Translations under genes and position numbers: made by a program
Shown: positions 38,445-48,012 of the stretch, one piece after another
How the letters are laid out: every line of letters begins with the position of its first letter
How positions within the stretch are numbered: the first letter of the stretch is position 1
Source of the DNA: Nanobdellota archaeon
Lineage (GTDB): Archaea; Nanobdellota; Nanobdellia; Woesearchaeales; UBA583
Direction: 5' to 3'
DNA length: 64,000 nt
NCBI GenBank assembly: GCA_022565615.1
Contig: JAIUMM010000001.1
Location: 11,680 to 75,679, forward strand
Notes under the pieces: model-generated
Database searches by the model: none
The model's input: only the letters and a program-made list of their open reading frames with translations
What the model was told of the DNA's origin: nothing

Positions 38445-39236
38445 ATGATTGAAGTTCAACAAAGCAAAATTCACAGCCAAAATGAAAGTCAGAGTCAGAG
38501 TCAGATTATTCAAAATCAAATTGAAATTGTATCACAAAATATAATTAAACCAACATCTTCGTTTAAAGAATTATATCTTAAAGAAGAGATGCCAAGAGAA
38601 AAATTAGTAAAATATGGAGTAAATAGTCTTACCAATACAGAGCTCTTAGCATTATTACTAAAAACAGGAACAAAAGAGAAAAATGTATTAGAACTCTCAA
38701 GAGAAATACTTACAACATTTTCTCCTCTTGAATTACTCTCAATAAATATTGAAACTCTAAGTTCAATAAAAGGAATTTCAACAGCAAAAGCAAGTGAGAT
38801 TATAGCAGTATTTGAATTAAGTAAACGAATTCAAGAAGAAGTACACTTTAAAGAGAGTTTTTCATCATCTCAGGAAATTTATAATTATGTTAAACATTCA
38901 ATGCAATATAAAATGTGTGAAGAAATGAGAGTTTTATATTTAAATGTTAAAAATAAACTCATAAAAGATGAAGTAGTTGCAAAAGGTTCAATACATTTTG
39001 TACATATTGATGTAAGAAAAATTGTTAAAAAAGCCCTAGATTTACATGCAAGTTCAATAATTTTAATTCATAATCATCCAAGTGGAGATGTTGAAGAATC
39101 ACAAGCAGATGTTGAAATAACAACTCAAATTATGCAAGCATGTGAATTATTACATATTAAAGTATTAGATCATTTAATCGTTGGAAATGGGGATTATCTA
39201 AGTTTTTATGACTCAGGAGTACCTCCTTTCACTTAG
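38445..39236 (+). CDS. radC: RadC-family JAB/MPN domain protein with an N-terminal HhH
   Basis: JAMM motif HNHPSGDVEESQADVEIT...LDHLIV. The N-terminal LTNTELLALLLKTG is HhH-like. Confidence 0.8.
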   Translation: MIEVQQSKIHSQNESQSQSQIIQNQIEIVSQNIIKPTSSFKELYLKEEMPREKLVKYGVNSLTNTELLALLLKTGTKEKNVLELSREILTTFSPLELLSINIETLSSIKGISTAKASEIIAVFELSKRIQEEVHFKESFSSSQEIYNYVKHSMQYKMCEEMRVLYLNVKNKLIKDEVVAKGSIHFVHIDVRKIVKKALDLHASSIILIHNHPSGDVEESQADVEITTQIMQACELLHIKVLDHLIVGNGDYLSFYDSGVPPFT

Positions 39237-39286
39237 TGTGAATACAAATTTTTAAAAATTTATATTACTCTAAAGTTAATATTAAT

Positions 39287-41218
39287 ATGACAGTTGAAAT
39301 ATATGGAAACTCCAAAGATTGTATCGATTTTGCATTAAATCAAAATGGAATTACAATTGACAAAATAATTATTACAAGAGATGAATTTGTTGAAAAACTA
39401 GCAAATCCTCAAACAATTCAGGCTTTACTTAGGGGATGTTCTCAGCTTACAACAGAAGAACAGTTTAAAAAATTACTTAATAATGAAGAAGTTCAAGAAG
39501 CATTAAAAACACCAATTAATCCTGATTATGTGAGAAATTTATCACAAAAATTTCAAGAATTTTTTAGCTCATTTGACCAAGTTGAATTAAAAAATTATTC
39601 TTTTATGAACTCAATGAATTCAGATACTTTTAATATTACTCTAAGAACTCAAAGTAATTGCCAATTTAGTATTTACAATATTGATAAAAATGCACTTCAA
39701 TCATCATTTGAAGAAGTATTTTCTAAATATTTTAATTCCCTCTCAACATTACTTAGTGTTAATGAATTACAATTTCAAATTGAGATTACTAAATTTGATG
39801 ATTATAAAAAAGTATTTAATTTATATAAACAAGGTTCAAAATTACTATTATTCTCTCAATTAGGACTCCCTGTTGAAGTTCAAGGTTCATTATATCAAGT
39901 GTATGGAGAACAATATTCTTCATATAAAAATGTGTTATTTTACAATGAAGCTAAACAAGAAGTTATGTATTGTAAACAAGGTTCAAAACTAGGATATGAG
40001 CAAGTTCATATTAAAGGGAAAATTTTAGAAGAACAAGAATTAATTTCAATTCATCAAACTACAAGTTCTTTAAATGATGTAATTGTTGAAGGGTATATTA
40101 ATCATAAAGGAAAAGTTCAATTAACACATATTCAAGTATTTACTCTTCCTATTGAAGAATCTTTTGAAGATAAATTATTGTTATATAAATCAACTAAAAT
40201 TTCAGAAAATACTCATCAGTTAGTTGATGCAGAAAATACACAAAATATTTCACTTATTCCATTTCATGAAGTTGATTTATCAACACCACACCCTAAATTT
40301 GTTATTTTAAGAAATAGTGCAGAATTTAAATCAGCTCTAAGCTCAAGAGTATTTGAAAAAGTTGATGGAGTATTATTTACATTTTCAATTTTCTCACATC
40401 AACTCTTAACAATTTGCTCAAATTTAAATATAACATATATTATTTCAAAAAAAGAGTTTTCAAAATCTCAAGACTCACAAATTAATTGGAGTACTCTTGA
40501 AATTACTAATTTAAATCAAAATTCAAGTGATGCTTTACAAGATTCACAAATTAATCCATTTTCTTCAATACTTCCTCAAAAAACACAAGAAACAATTGAT
40601 AGAGCAAATGAATTAAATTCAATTCAAGAAGAATTAAATTCACAAGCACAAATAAGATCTCAAGAATTACATTCACAAAGACATCAACAACAAGAATATT
40701 CAAGACAACCACAAGAACAGCAAAGCACATATTCAAATACTAATCCACATTCACAACCCTCTTCAAATTCATCTTCTCTATATGGTTCATTAGGAGGAAG
40801 TGGAGGAGGTTCTAAAAAAAGTGCCCTTGCAATGCTTGCAGATTCAGTATTAAATGCTCCTCAAAGACCAACACCTCAACAAGCATCAACTCCTCCTCAA
40901 CCTGAAGTAACAGTAGCTCAAGAATTTCCAATTAGGCAAGAAGAATATTCAAGAGAAAATTTAGAACCAATTCAAAATAGTTATAATTCACAATCAAATA
41001 GTTCTTCTCAAATTAATCCCTTTAACAGTAATAATAGTACTAATATCTCAACTAATTCAAATTACGATATGTCTGGATTTGATTCAAACACTTCTAATTC
41101 AACAGTAAATTCTAATTCAAATAATCTTGTTTTAGACTATATTTCTAAAAGGTTAGAACAATTAGAGCAAGAGAAAAGAGAACTTCAAGAGTTATATAAT
41201 TCACATTTGAATAAATAA
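39287..41218 (+). CDS. hypothetical protein with a long Q/N/S-rich low-complexity C-terminal region and a terminal coiled coil
   Basis: 643 aa. Residues from about 430 onward are dominated by Q, N, S and P (e.g. SNSSSQINPFNSNNSTNISTNSNYD), plus GGSGGGS. It ends with RLEQLEQEKRELQEL. Confidence 0.5.
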   Translation: MTVEIYGNSKDCIDFALNQNGITIDKIIITRDEFVEKLANPQTIQALLRGCSQLTTEEQFKKLLNNEEVQEALKTPINPDYVRNLSQKFQEFFSSFDQVELKNYSFMNSMNSDTFNITLRTQSNCQFSIYNIDKNALQSSFEEVFSKYFNSLSTLLSVNELQFQIEITKFDDYKKVFNLYKQGSKLLLFSQLGLPVEVQGSLYQVYGEQYSSYKNVLFYNEAKQEVMYCKQGSKLGYEQVHIKGKILEEQELISIHQTTSSLNDVIVEGYINHKGKVQLTHIQVFTLPIEESFEDKLLLYKSTKISENTHQLVDAENTQNISLIPFHEVDLSTPHPKFVILRNSAEFKSALSSRVFEKVDGVLFTFSIFSHQLLTICSNLNITYIISKKEFSKSQDSQINWSTLEITNLNQNSSDALQDSQINPFSSILPQKTQETIDRANELNSIQEELNSQAQIRSQELHSQRHQQQEYSRQPQEQQSTYSNTNPHSQPSSNSSSLYGSLGGSGGGSKKSALAMLADSVLNAPQRPTPQQASTPPQPEVTVAQEFPIRQEEYSRENLEPIQNSYNSQSNSSSQINPFNSNNSTNISTNSNYDMSGFDSNTSNSTVNSNSNNLVLDYISKRLEQLEQEKRELQELYNSHLNK

Positions 41219-41243
41219 ACAAATAAACAAATAAACAAATAAT
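41211..41243. repeat. (AAATAAAC)n tandem repeat overlapping the stop codon of the preceding gene
   Basis: ATAAATAAACAAATAAACAAATAAACAAATAA. Confidence 0.6.
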
Positions 41244-41351
41244 ATTGGAATAATAATTAATTATGTTTTAGAATTAATTTTTATTTTACATTATTTACTT
41301 TAAAATATTTCACGTTAATTTTATAAACTCTTAATTTATGTTAAGTATATA

Positions 41352-41831
41352 ATGGTTTTTTCAAAAATATCTCAAGCTTTAAATAGAAATGATGAAAAAT
41401 ATGAAATTCTTCTTCATAAATATTCTTCTTTAAAATTACAAAATAAAAATTTAGTTCAAAAACAAGAATCTCAAAGGGAAGAACATGAGTTTAAAATGGC
41501 TCAAAAGTTTGCAAAAGAAATTTTAACAATTTTTGAACATTATGAAAAAGCAAAAGAGCAAAGTTTTAAAGTTAATGCAACAAGTTCTGAACTACAAAGG
41601 TTTTTATTAGATTTTAATACAATTGGAAAACAATTAGATACAGCAATGAAGCAAAATGGAATTGAAGTTTATGATGCAAAAGAGAGATTTTATGATTCAG
41701 ATTTACATGAGCTTGGGAGTTATCAAGAATCAAAAGGGATGCAAAAAGGAATTATTTTAAAAACTACTAGAAAAGGATATAAATTTAAAAATAGAACAAT
41801 TAAAAAACCAAGAGTTGTGGTTACTAATTAA
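41352..41831 (+). CDS. grpE: GrpE nucleotide exchange factor
   Basis: Central coiled coil. The C-terminal beta-domain ends GYKFKNRTIKKPRVVVTN, which matches GrpE G-[YF]-x-[LF]-x-[DN]-R-[VT]-[IL]-[RK]-[PA]-A-x-V-x-V. No dnaK is visible in the window. Confidence 0.65.
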   Translation: MVFSKISQALNRNDEKYEILLHKYSSLKLQNKNLVQKQESQREEHEFKMAQKFAKEILTIFEHYEKAKEQSFKVNATSSELQRFLLDFNTIGKQLDTAMKQNGIEVYDAKERFYDSDLHELGSYQESKGMQKGIILKTTRKGYKFKNRTIKKPRVVVTN

Positions 41832-41909
41832 TTTTTTTCAAAAATATTTTTTGTTATTATTGTTGATAGTGACAATTATTTTTATAATTTCAAACTTATT
41901 TTTTAAAAT

Positions 41910-42710
41910 ATGACTAAAATAACACAAATATTCACAGATTCATTTAGAAAACTAAAAGAAAAGATTACAAACTCTTCAAAAAAGAAAGATACAAAGTATG
42001 GGACATATGAATCTCATGAATCAACACATGAAGTTTCATCTCAAACACGAGAGAGTATGGTTCAAACAACTCAAGAAATTAAAACACAACTTCAAAAATC
42101 AAGTTCAAATGCTAAATTGAATACTAAAAAAATATTATCTAAACAAAGTGATAAAAAAAATTTACCTTCATCTTCTAAAATTACAAAATCACCTGTAAGT
42201 AAGAAAATTTCAATTTCTTCTAAACCAAAATCTACAATCACAAAACCTCAGCCTAAACAAAAAACTATAACTAAAGTAGTAAATTCAAATATTAGTGAAA
42301 AAAAATATCCTTCAGGTAAAATTGTCAATTCAGTAGTTTTAAGTGAAGTTGAAAGAGGATATTTAGAACTTGCAGGATTTAAAAATTATAAAGATGCATT
42401 TATTGGTCTAGAAACAAGTACTAAAAGAACTTCTATTGCTAAAAAAGTAGCAACTCAAACAACTACTCTTTCAACAATTTTGAAAAAATTAGAGTTACTT
42501 CAAGTTAAAGGAGTGGGGGAAAATTTAGCATTTGTATTGGTTGAAGTTGGTGTAAATTCAGTTCAAAAATTACAAAAAGCAGATTCAGCAAAATTAATTA
42601 AAAAAATTCAAAATTATTCAAAAATTCAACCTGATATTGATATTAAATTATCACAAAAACAACTTGAGAATATTCAAAAAGAAGCTAAGTTAGTTCAAAG
42701 TGCTTTTTAA
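41910..42710 (+). CDS. Lys/Ser/Thr-rich basic protein with a C-terminal HhH-type (DUF4332-like) domain; putative nucleic-acid binder
   Basis: The first 130 aa are extremely K/S-rich. The C-terminal VGENLAFVLVEVGVNSVQKLQKADSAKL reads as a helix-hairpin-helix GhG-like motif. Confidence 0.4.
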   Translation: MTKITQIFTDSFRKLKEKITNSSKKKDTKYGTYESHESTHEVSSQTRESMVQTTQEIKTQLQKSSSNAKLNTKKILSKQSDKKNLPSSSKITKSPVSKKISISSKPKSTITKPQPKQKTITKVVNSNISEKKYPSGKIVNSVVLSEVERGYLELAGFKNYKDAFIGLETSTKRTSIAKKVATQTTTLSTILKKLELLQVKGVGENLAFVLVEVGVNSVQKLQKADSAKLIKKIQNYSKIQPDIDIKLSQKQLENIQKEAKLVQSAF

Positions 42711-42817
42711 TAAGTACTAATTTTATAATTTAATTTAATTTAATTTGTATTAGTATATTTTTCCCTTTGTAGAAATAACAAATCCATAAATACTACTAAA
42801 TTATATTTTTTAGTATC

Positions 42818-43075
42818 ATGGTAATGGTAGGAGATCAAAATTTTTTATTTTTTGTAATGTTTTGGACAATTATAGCAATGATGTTAGTATTAATTTACTC
42901 ATTGAAACAAATCATAATTACACAAAAATATATGCAAAATATAGATAGAAATATTGAAAAGATGGTTAAACAGACTCTTGCAGAAGAGGAGAGAATTTTA
43001 CATGATTTAGAGGAAATTGAAGATGAAATGCATTTAAAAAAATCTTCAGCTAAAAAATCTACTAAAAAGAAATAA
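42818..43075 (+). CDS. small membrane protein (1 TM) with a charged C-terminus
   Basis: 85-aa ORF with one hydrophobic helix followed by an E/K-rich tail. Confidence 0.35.
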   Translation: MVMVGDQNFLFFVMFWTIIAMMLVLIYSLKQIIITQKYMQNIDRNIEKMVKQTLAEEERILHDLEEIEDEMHLKKSSAKKSTKKK

Positions 43076-43095
43076 TAGAATTAAAATAATACAAA

Positions 43096-43305
43096 ATGGT
43101 AGTAAAAAAAGAAACTAATCACGTAGAACATACAGATTTACATATATATGGAACAGCATTTTTAGTAGCTTCAATTGTAATTATTATATTTACAATCATA
43201 TATTCATTAATTAATCCAGTAACTCAAACAGGAATTCATATTTTATTTTATCTTATAGTTTTAGTAATGCTTGTTTGGGGAATTTACTTAATTAAAAATT
43301 ATTAA
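43096..43305 (+). CDS. small membrane protein (2 TM)
   Basis: 69-aa ORF with two hydrophobic helices. Confidence 0.35.
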   Translation: MVVKKETNHVEHTDLHIYGTAFLVASIVIIIFTIIYSLINPVTQTGIHILFYLIVLVMLVWGIYLIKNY

Positions 43306-43467
43306 TTAAATAAATTTTTGCAATAAAATACTTCTAATTTAAATAAATACAATTCAAATTCTCTTAATTTAAAATTTTTGTTAATTCACTTATTTTAATG
43401 TGCTATTTTCATAATTAAATTCATATAATCATTTAATTTAAAAAAGAAATTTAATTTAACATATATT

Positions 43468-44409
43468 ATGGAAAATTCTAAAAAAATATATGATTGTATT
43501 ATAGTGGGAGGAGGGTGTGCAGGGTATCCCGCTGCAGTGTATGCTGCAAGGTTTAATATGGATACTCTATTGATTGCAAAAGAGCCAGGTGGTTTAATTA
43601 CAACAACTCATTTAGTTGAAAATTATCCAGGATTTATTTCTCTTACAGGTCAAGAACTTGCAGATAAGTTAAAAGATCATGTAATTGCAAATAATGTTCC
43701 AATGGTTGATGATATTGTAACTTCAGTTTCAAGAGATGAAAATTCAAAATTATTCACTATTAAAACTGGAATTTTAGAAGAAGAGTATACAGCAAAAACA
43801 GTAATTTTAGCAACAGGAACTCAACATAAGCATTTAGGGGCACCAGGAGAGTGGGATTTTCAATCAAAAGGTGTTTCATACTGTGCAACTTGTGATGGTC
43901 CTTTTTTTAAAAGAAAAGTTGTAGCAATAGTAGGAGGAGGAGATAGTGCTGCAAAAGAAGCTATGGTTTTAGCTCAAACATGTGAGAAAGTATATATGTT
44001 TGTAAGAAGTACTCTTAAAGCTGAACCTATAAATGCTGATAGAATTAAAAAAATTGAAAATATTGAAGTAATTGAAGGAGTAAATGTTACTAAGATTTGT
44101 GGGGATAAGAAAGTAACTCATGTTGAGTTAGACAAAGAAGTTAATGGTTCAAATATGGTGGAATTAAGTGCTGTATTTATTGCAATTGGAATGAATCCTC
44201 AAAATGAACTTGCAAAAGAATTAGGAGTTGAGTTAAATAAAAAAGGGGAAATTATTATTAATAGGGTATCAGAAACAAATATTGAGGGAGTTATTGCAGC
44301 AGGAGATGTTACAGATGCTCCTTGGAAGCAAGGAATTATTGCAGCTGCTGAAGGAAGTGTGGCTGCATATTCAGCATTTGAATATCTACAAAAATTCAAT
44401 GATAATTAA
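43468..44409 (+). CDS. trxB: thioredoxin reductase (low-Mr TrxR)
   Basis: FAD site IVGGGCAGYPAAVYAAR, redox-active CATCDG, and NADPH site VAIVGGGDSAAKEA. 313 aa. Confidence 0.9.
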   Translation: MENSKKIYDCIIVGGGCAGYPAAVYAARFNMDTLLIAKEPGGLITTTHLVENYPGFISLTGQELADKLKDHVIANNVPMVDDIVTSVSRDENSKLFTIKTGILEEEYTAKTVILATGTQHKHLGAPGEWDFQSKGVSYCATCDGPFFKRKVVAIVGGGDSAAKEAMVLAQTCEKVYMFVRSTLKAEPINADRIKKIENIEVIEGVNVTKICGDKKVTHVELDKEVNGSNMVELSAVFIAIGMNPQNELAKELGVELNKKGEIIINRVSETNIEGVIAAGDVTDAPWKQGIIAAAEGSVAAYSAFEYLQKFNDN

Positions 44410-44528
44410 TTTTTTATTTTATATTGAATCTTATTTTTATTAAATAGTAGTTACAAATAATTTTAATTAGTAGCTCAATACCTTTTCACAACTATTGAAA
44501 TTAAGGAGGATTTCAATTAGACAATAAA

Positions 44529-44819
44529 ATGGCATTAGATAGTACACAAGAAGCAAACCCTAGTTTACACGGAAGAAGTTTGGAAGCAAAATTAGAAAAA
44601 TATGAAGGAATTAGTCCTAAAGTAAAAGGAGTTAAGGCAGTTTATAGATTAGCACAACAATCAGTTAGAGATTTTATTAGTAATTTACCTAGGGGATTTT
44701 CTCCATATGGAACTTATAGGGTAATTGGAAATTCAAGGCAACATTATTGTGATGTAAGCTCAGAAATTGATGGTACTGGATCTCCTACATTAAGAATCCA
44801 AGGACCTTATAAATTATAA
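44529..44819 (+). CDS. hypothetical small protein with composition unlike its neighbours (more R/G/S/P)
   Basis: 96-aa ORF with a GGAGG about 17 nt upstream. No family recognised. Its GC content is higher than the local average. Confidence 0.35.
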   Translation: MALDSTQEANPSLHGRSLEAKLEKYEGISPKVKGVKAVYRLAQQSVRDFISNLPRGFSPYGTYRVIGNSRQHYCDVSSEIDGTGSPTLRIQGPYKL

Positions 44820-44822
44820 TTT

Positions 44823-44995
44823 TTAGTATTTCACTATTTTTAATTATTCAAATAATAAGCAAAAATTTTTTGAAATTTTTTGATATTTTGAGTTTCACTC
44901 TAATAATTAGCAGAAATCAAAGATTTCTTAATTATTAGAATGGTTTATTCATTCAAATAGCAAGCAGAAATTTGAAAAATTTCTTTGTTGTTAGA
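44823..44995. repeat. three tandem degenerate repeats of about 55 nt, each with an internal hairpin and T tract, between convergent genes
   Basis: Units start near 44823, 44890 and 44942. Shared core is AGT(A)TTTCACT ... AATAATTAGCAGAAAT-n-GATTTC. Palindromes are CAAAAATTTTTTG (44860-44872), CTAATAATT...AATTATTAG, and GAAATC..GATTTC / AGAAATTT..AAATTTCT. Confidence 0.4.
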
Positions 44996-45004
44996 GTAAC
45001 TCTC

Positions 45005-47854
45005 TTACTCGAACAATTCCATTAAATCTTCCCATTCAAGTCGTTTAATAAATCCTTTATCTTCACTAATTAAATTTTCAAATAAATTACCTTTTGTTTC
45101 TTGTAAATTTAAAATTTTCTCCTCTATTGAATTTTTAGTAATAAATTTGTACACATTAACACTTCTTTTTTGTCCAATTCTGTGTGCTCTATCAATTGCT
45201 TGTTTTTCTGCCATAGGGTTCCACCAAGGATCATAAATAAATACTGAACTTGCAGCAGTTAAATTTAAACCAACTCCTCCTGCTTTTAAGGAGATTAAAA
45301 ATACTTTAACATCTTCATTACTATTAAACTCATCAACTAATTGTTGTCTATTTTGAGTTGAACCATCAAGTCTTAAATAATTAATTTTTTTCTCTTTTAA
45401 GTCCTTCTCCATAATATTCATCATTGAAGTAAATTGAGAGAATACAAGCACTTTTTCTCCTCCTTCAACAACTTCATCAAGTAACTCTTTAAATTGCTCA
45501 AATTTACTACTCTCAACTCCCTCTTGGTCAAAATCATTACCCAAAAGTTGAGGATGATTACAAACTTGCCTAAGTTTTAATAGAGCTGAGAGAACTTGCA
45601 TTCTTGATTTATCAAATCCTTGTTCTTTGACAAGTGTTAAAGTATCCGCTTTTAATCTTTCAAGAACTTCTGTATAAATTCCAACTTGCTTATTATTCAT
45701 TTCATTATACATAATTTGTTCTTGTTTATCTGGCAATTCTTTTAAAACTTCTTTTTTAGTTCTTCTTAAAATAAATGGTTTAATCTTTGCTTGAAGTATT
45801 TCAAGAGCAATCATATTATTTCTCTCAATTTTACTTGAAAATTCTCGTTTAAAATCTAATTTATTACCTAAATATTCTGGCATTACTAAATCAAATGTTC
45901 CATATAATTCATCTAAATTATTCTCAAGAGGAGTTCCTGTAAGTAATAATTTATGTTTAGCTGAAATGAGTCTTACAGCTTTTGCAGAGAGAGTTTTAGC
46001 ATTTTTAACATAATGTGCTTCATCTAACAATTTATACACAAATTCAATTTCATTTTCCACATATACAGAATAATCTTTTTGAAGCATTGAATAAGAAGTA
46101 ATTGCTAAATCAACTGGTTTTTTTTTAAGTTCTTCAATTAATTCTTTTCTTTGCTGTGAATTTCCATCAATGACTTTTACACTCATTTCAGGGAAAAATT
46201 TTTTAGCTTCAGCTTCCCAATTATACATCAAAGTCTTAGGGCAAATTACTATGTGAGGACCATTAAGAGTTTTAATTGCACAAAGTGATTGAATAGTTTT
46301 TCCAAGACCCATTTCATCAGCTAAAATTCCTCCAAAATTATATTTTCTTAAAAATGAAATCCAATTTACACCTTCTTTTTGATAATCTCTTAAAATACTA
46401 ATTACTTCATCTGGATAATTAACATCTTCAACAGGTTTTTTATCTTTCATTTCAGAAATCATGTCTTTATATTCTTGATTTGATTGAACATGTTTATCTT
46501 GAAAATCTTTTAAAAATTCATCTAATTCAAGAGCAGTAATTGAACCTGTTTTATATACACCTTTTGTTCTTTTAAACTCATATCTTCCTAAAAATTCAAT
46601 CCATTTATTAATTTCACGAATATTTTCAATATTAATAGTTGTTCCATTTTCAAGTTGGAAATATTTTTTATTTTTTTGAACTAATTCTTTTAAAAATTCT
46701 AAATCAACATATTCATCTCCAATTTTAAATTTAACATTAAACTCAAATAAATCAACTCTTTTAATTAACTTAGTATCAATTTCAAATTGAACTTCTCCAT
46801 GTACTAATTCAAGTCTTTGACCTTCTTTATACTCAATTGTATATTCTTTCTCAAGTCTTGGAATAATATGTTTAATTACTAACTCTAAACTTGAGATTGG
46901 GAGCATAATTGAAAATGGATTTTTAGAAGAAATTGAGGGCCTTAGTCTATTTTCAACAAAAATATTTCTAAAGTCTTCAGAGCTTAGAGAAATATCACTT
47001 AAAAAATCAACTCGTTTATTATCAACAATTGCAGTTTTTATTTTTCTAGTTTTATCAATCCAATTGACAGTTTCAGCATATGTGTATAAATCAACATCAA
47101 AATACTCTTCCCCAATTTTATATTTACATTCAAATGTTACAAAATGGTTTGTTCTTCCAACTTCAATAATTAAAGAAGCAACTTGTTCAACTCTTGGCAT
47201 TGAAATAATTTCATTTAATTCATTATCAATAACTACTCTATGTGCTTGTTCAAGTTGAGAAATTAATATATCTTTAATTGATAAAAAACTATCAACAGAA
47301 AATGCATTTTTGCCTTCAAAAATTTCACGATATAGAGCATTATTTATTTTAGAACTAAGTAGATATAAAGTTGATCCTTGTTTAATTAATACTTCATTTG
47401 GAGTAATAAAAGGAGTTACATCATCAACACATTTAAGTTTAATATTTGAAAATTCATCTAAATTAAATCTAAAACTTAACTGAATTTCTTCATTTGAAAA
47501 TTCAATTTTTTCATCATTTAAATAAACATCATGATTTACTTCTCTTAAATATTCAACAATTAAATCTAAATCAGTTACAACTCTATATAAAGATTGAATA
47601 ATTCCAAGTCTTGAAGAAATATAACTTAGTAATGAAATTTCTTTATCATTTAATGTATTTTTAATATCTTTTAAAACTGATGAAATTTCAGTTGCATTTA
47701 ATCTCTCTTCTCCATTTACTACAAAAAATTGAAGTTGATTATCAATTTTTTTTAAGTGATATGATAAATTATATTCTCTAGAATTTGAATTTGATTCATT
47801 AGGAGATGAATTTTGTTGTTTTAAAACACTCTCATCAAAAAAATTAGTTCCCAT
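45005..47854 (-). CDS. SNF2-family helicase/translocase with a roughly 450-aa N-terminal extension
   Basis: Motif I ADEMGLGKTIQ, II LLDEAHYVKN, III LTGTPLENNLDEL, then FSQFTSMM and V-VI YDPWWNP...QAIDRAHRIGQKRSV. Confidence 0.85.
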   Translation of the reverse strand: MGTNFFDESVLKQQNSSPNESNSNSREYNLSYHLKKIDNQLQFFVVNGEERLNATEISSVLKDIKNTLNDKEISLLSYISSRLGIIQSLYRVVTDLDLIVEYLREVNHDVYLNDEKIEFSNEEIQLSFRFNLDEFSNIKLKCVDDVTPFITPNEVLIKQGSTLYLLSSKINNALYREIFEGKNAFSVDSFLSIKDILISQLEQAHRVVIDNELNEIISMPRVEQVASLIIEVGRTNHFVTFECKYKIGEEYFDVDLYTYAETVNWIDKTRKIKTAIVDNKRVDFLSDISLSSEDFRNIFVENRLRPSISSKNPFSIMLPISSLELVIKHIIPRLEKEYTIEYKEGQRLELVHGEVQFEIDTKLIKRVDLFEFNVKFKIGDEYVDLEFLKELVQKNKKYFQLENGTTINIENIREINKWIEFLGRYEFKRTKGVYKTGSITALELDEFLKDFQDKHVQSNQEYKDMISEMKDKKPVEDVNYPDEVISILRDYQKEGVNWISFLRKYNFGGILADEMGLGKTIQSLCAIKTLNGPHIVICPKTLMYNWEAEAKKFFPEMSVKVIDGNSQQRKELIEELKKKPVDLAITSYSMLQKDYSVYVENEIEFVYKLLDEAHYVKNAKTLSAKAVRLISAKHKLLLTGTPLENNLDELYGTFDLVMPEYLGNKLDFKREFSSKIERNNMIALEILQAKIKPFILRRTKKEVLKELPDKQEQIMYNEMNNKQVGIYTEVLERLKADTLTLVKEQGFDKSRMQVLSALLKLRQVCNHPQLLGNDFDQEGVESSKFEQFKELLDEVVEGGEKVLVFSQFTSMMNIMEKDLKEKKINYLRLDGSTQNRQQLVDEFNSNEDVKVFLISLKAGGVGLNLTAASSVFIYDPWWNPMAEKQAIDRAHRIGQKRSVNVYKFITKNSIEEKILNLQETKGNLFENLISEDKGFIKRLEWEDLMELFE

Positions 47855-48012
47855 TAATCTCGGTAATTAATTGAAGTTTATAAAATCTTTGTTAATTTGC
47901 TATTTTTTGTACTTTTTGAAGTTTTTTAAAATTATTATTTTTATCATTTTTAAAATTCAATTAATTTTTATTGTTCATATTTTTAATTTAAATTATTGCT
48001 AAATTTAATTAA

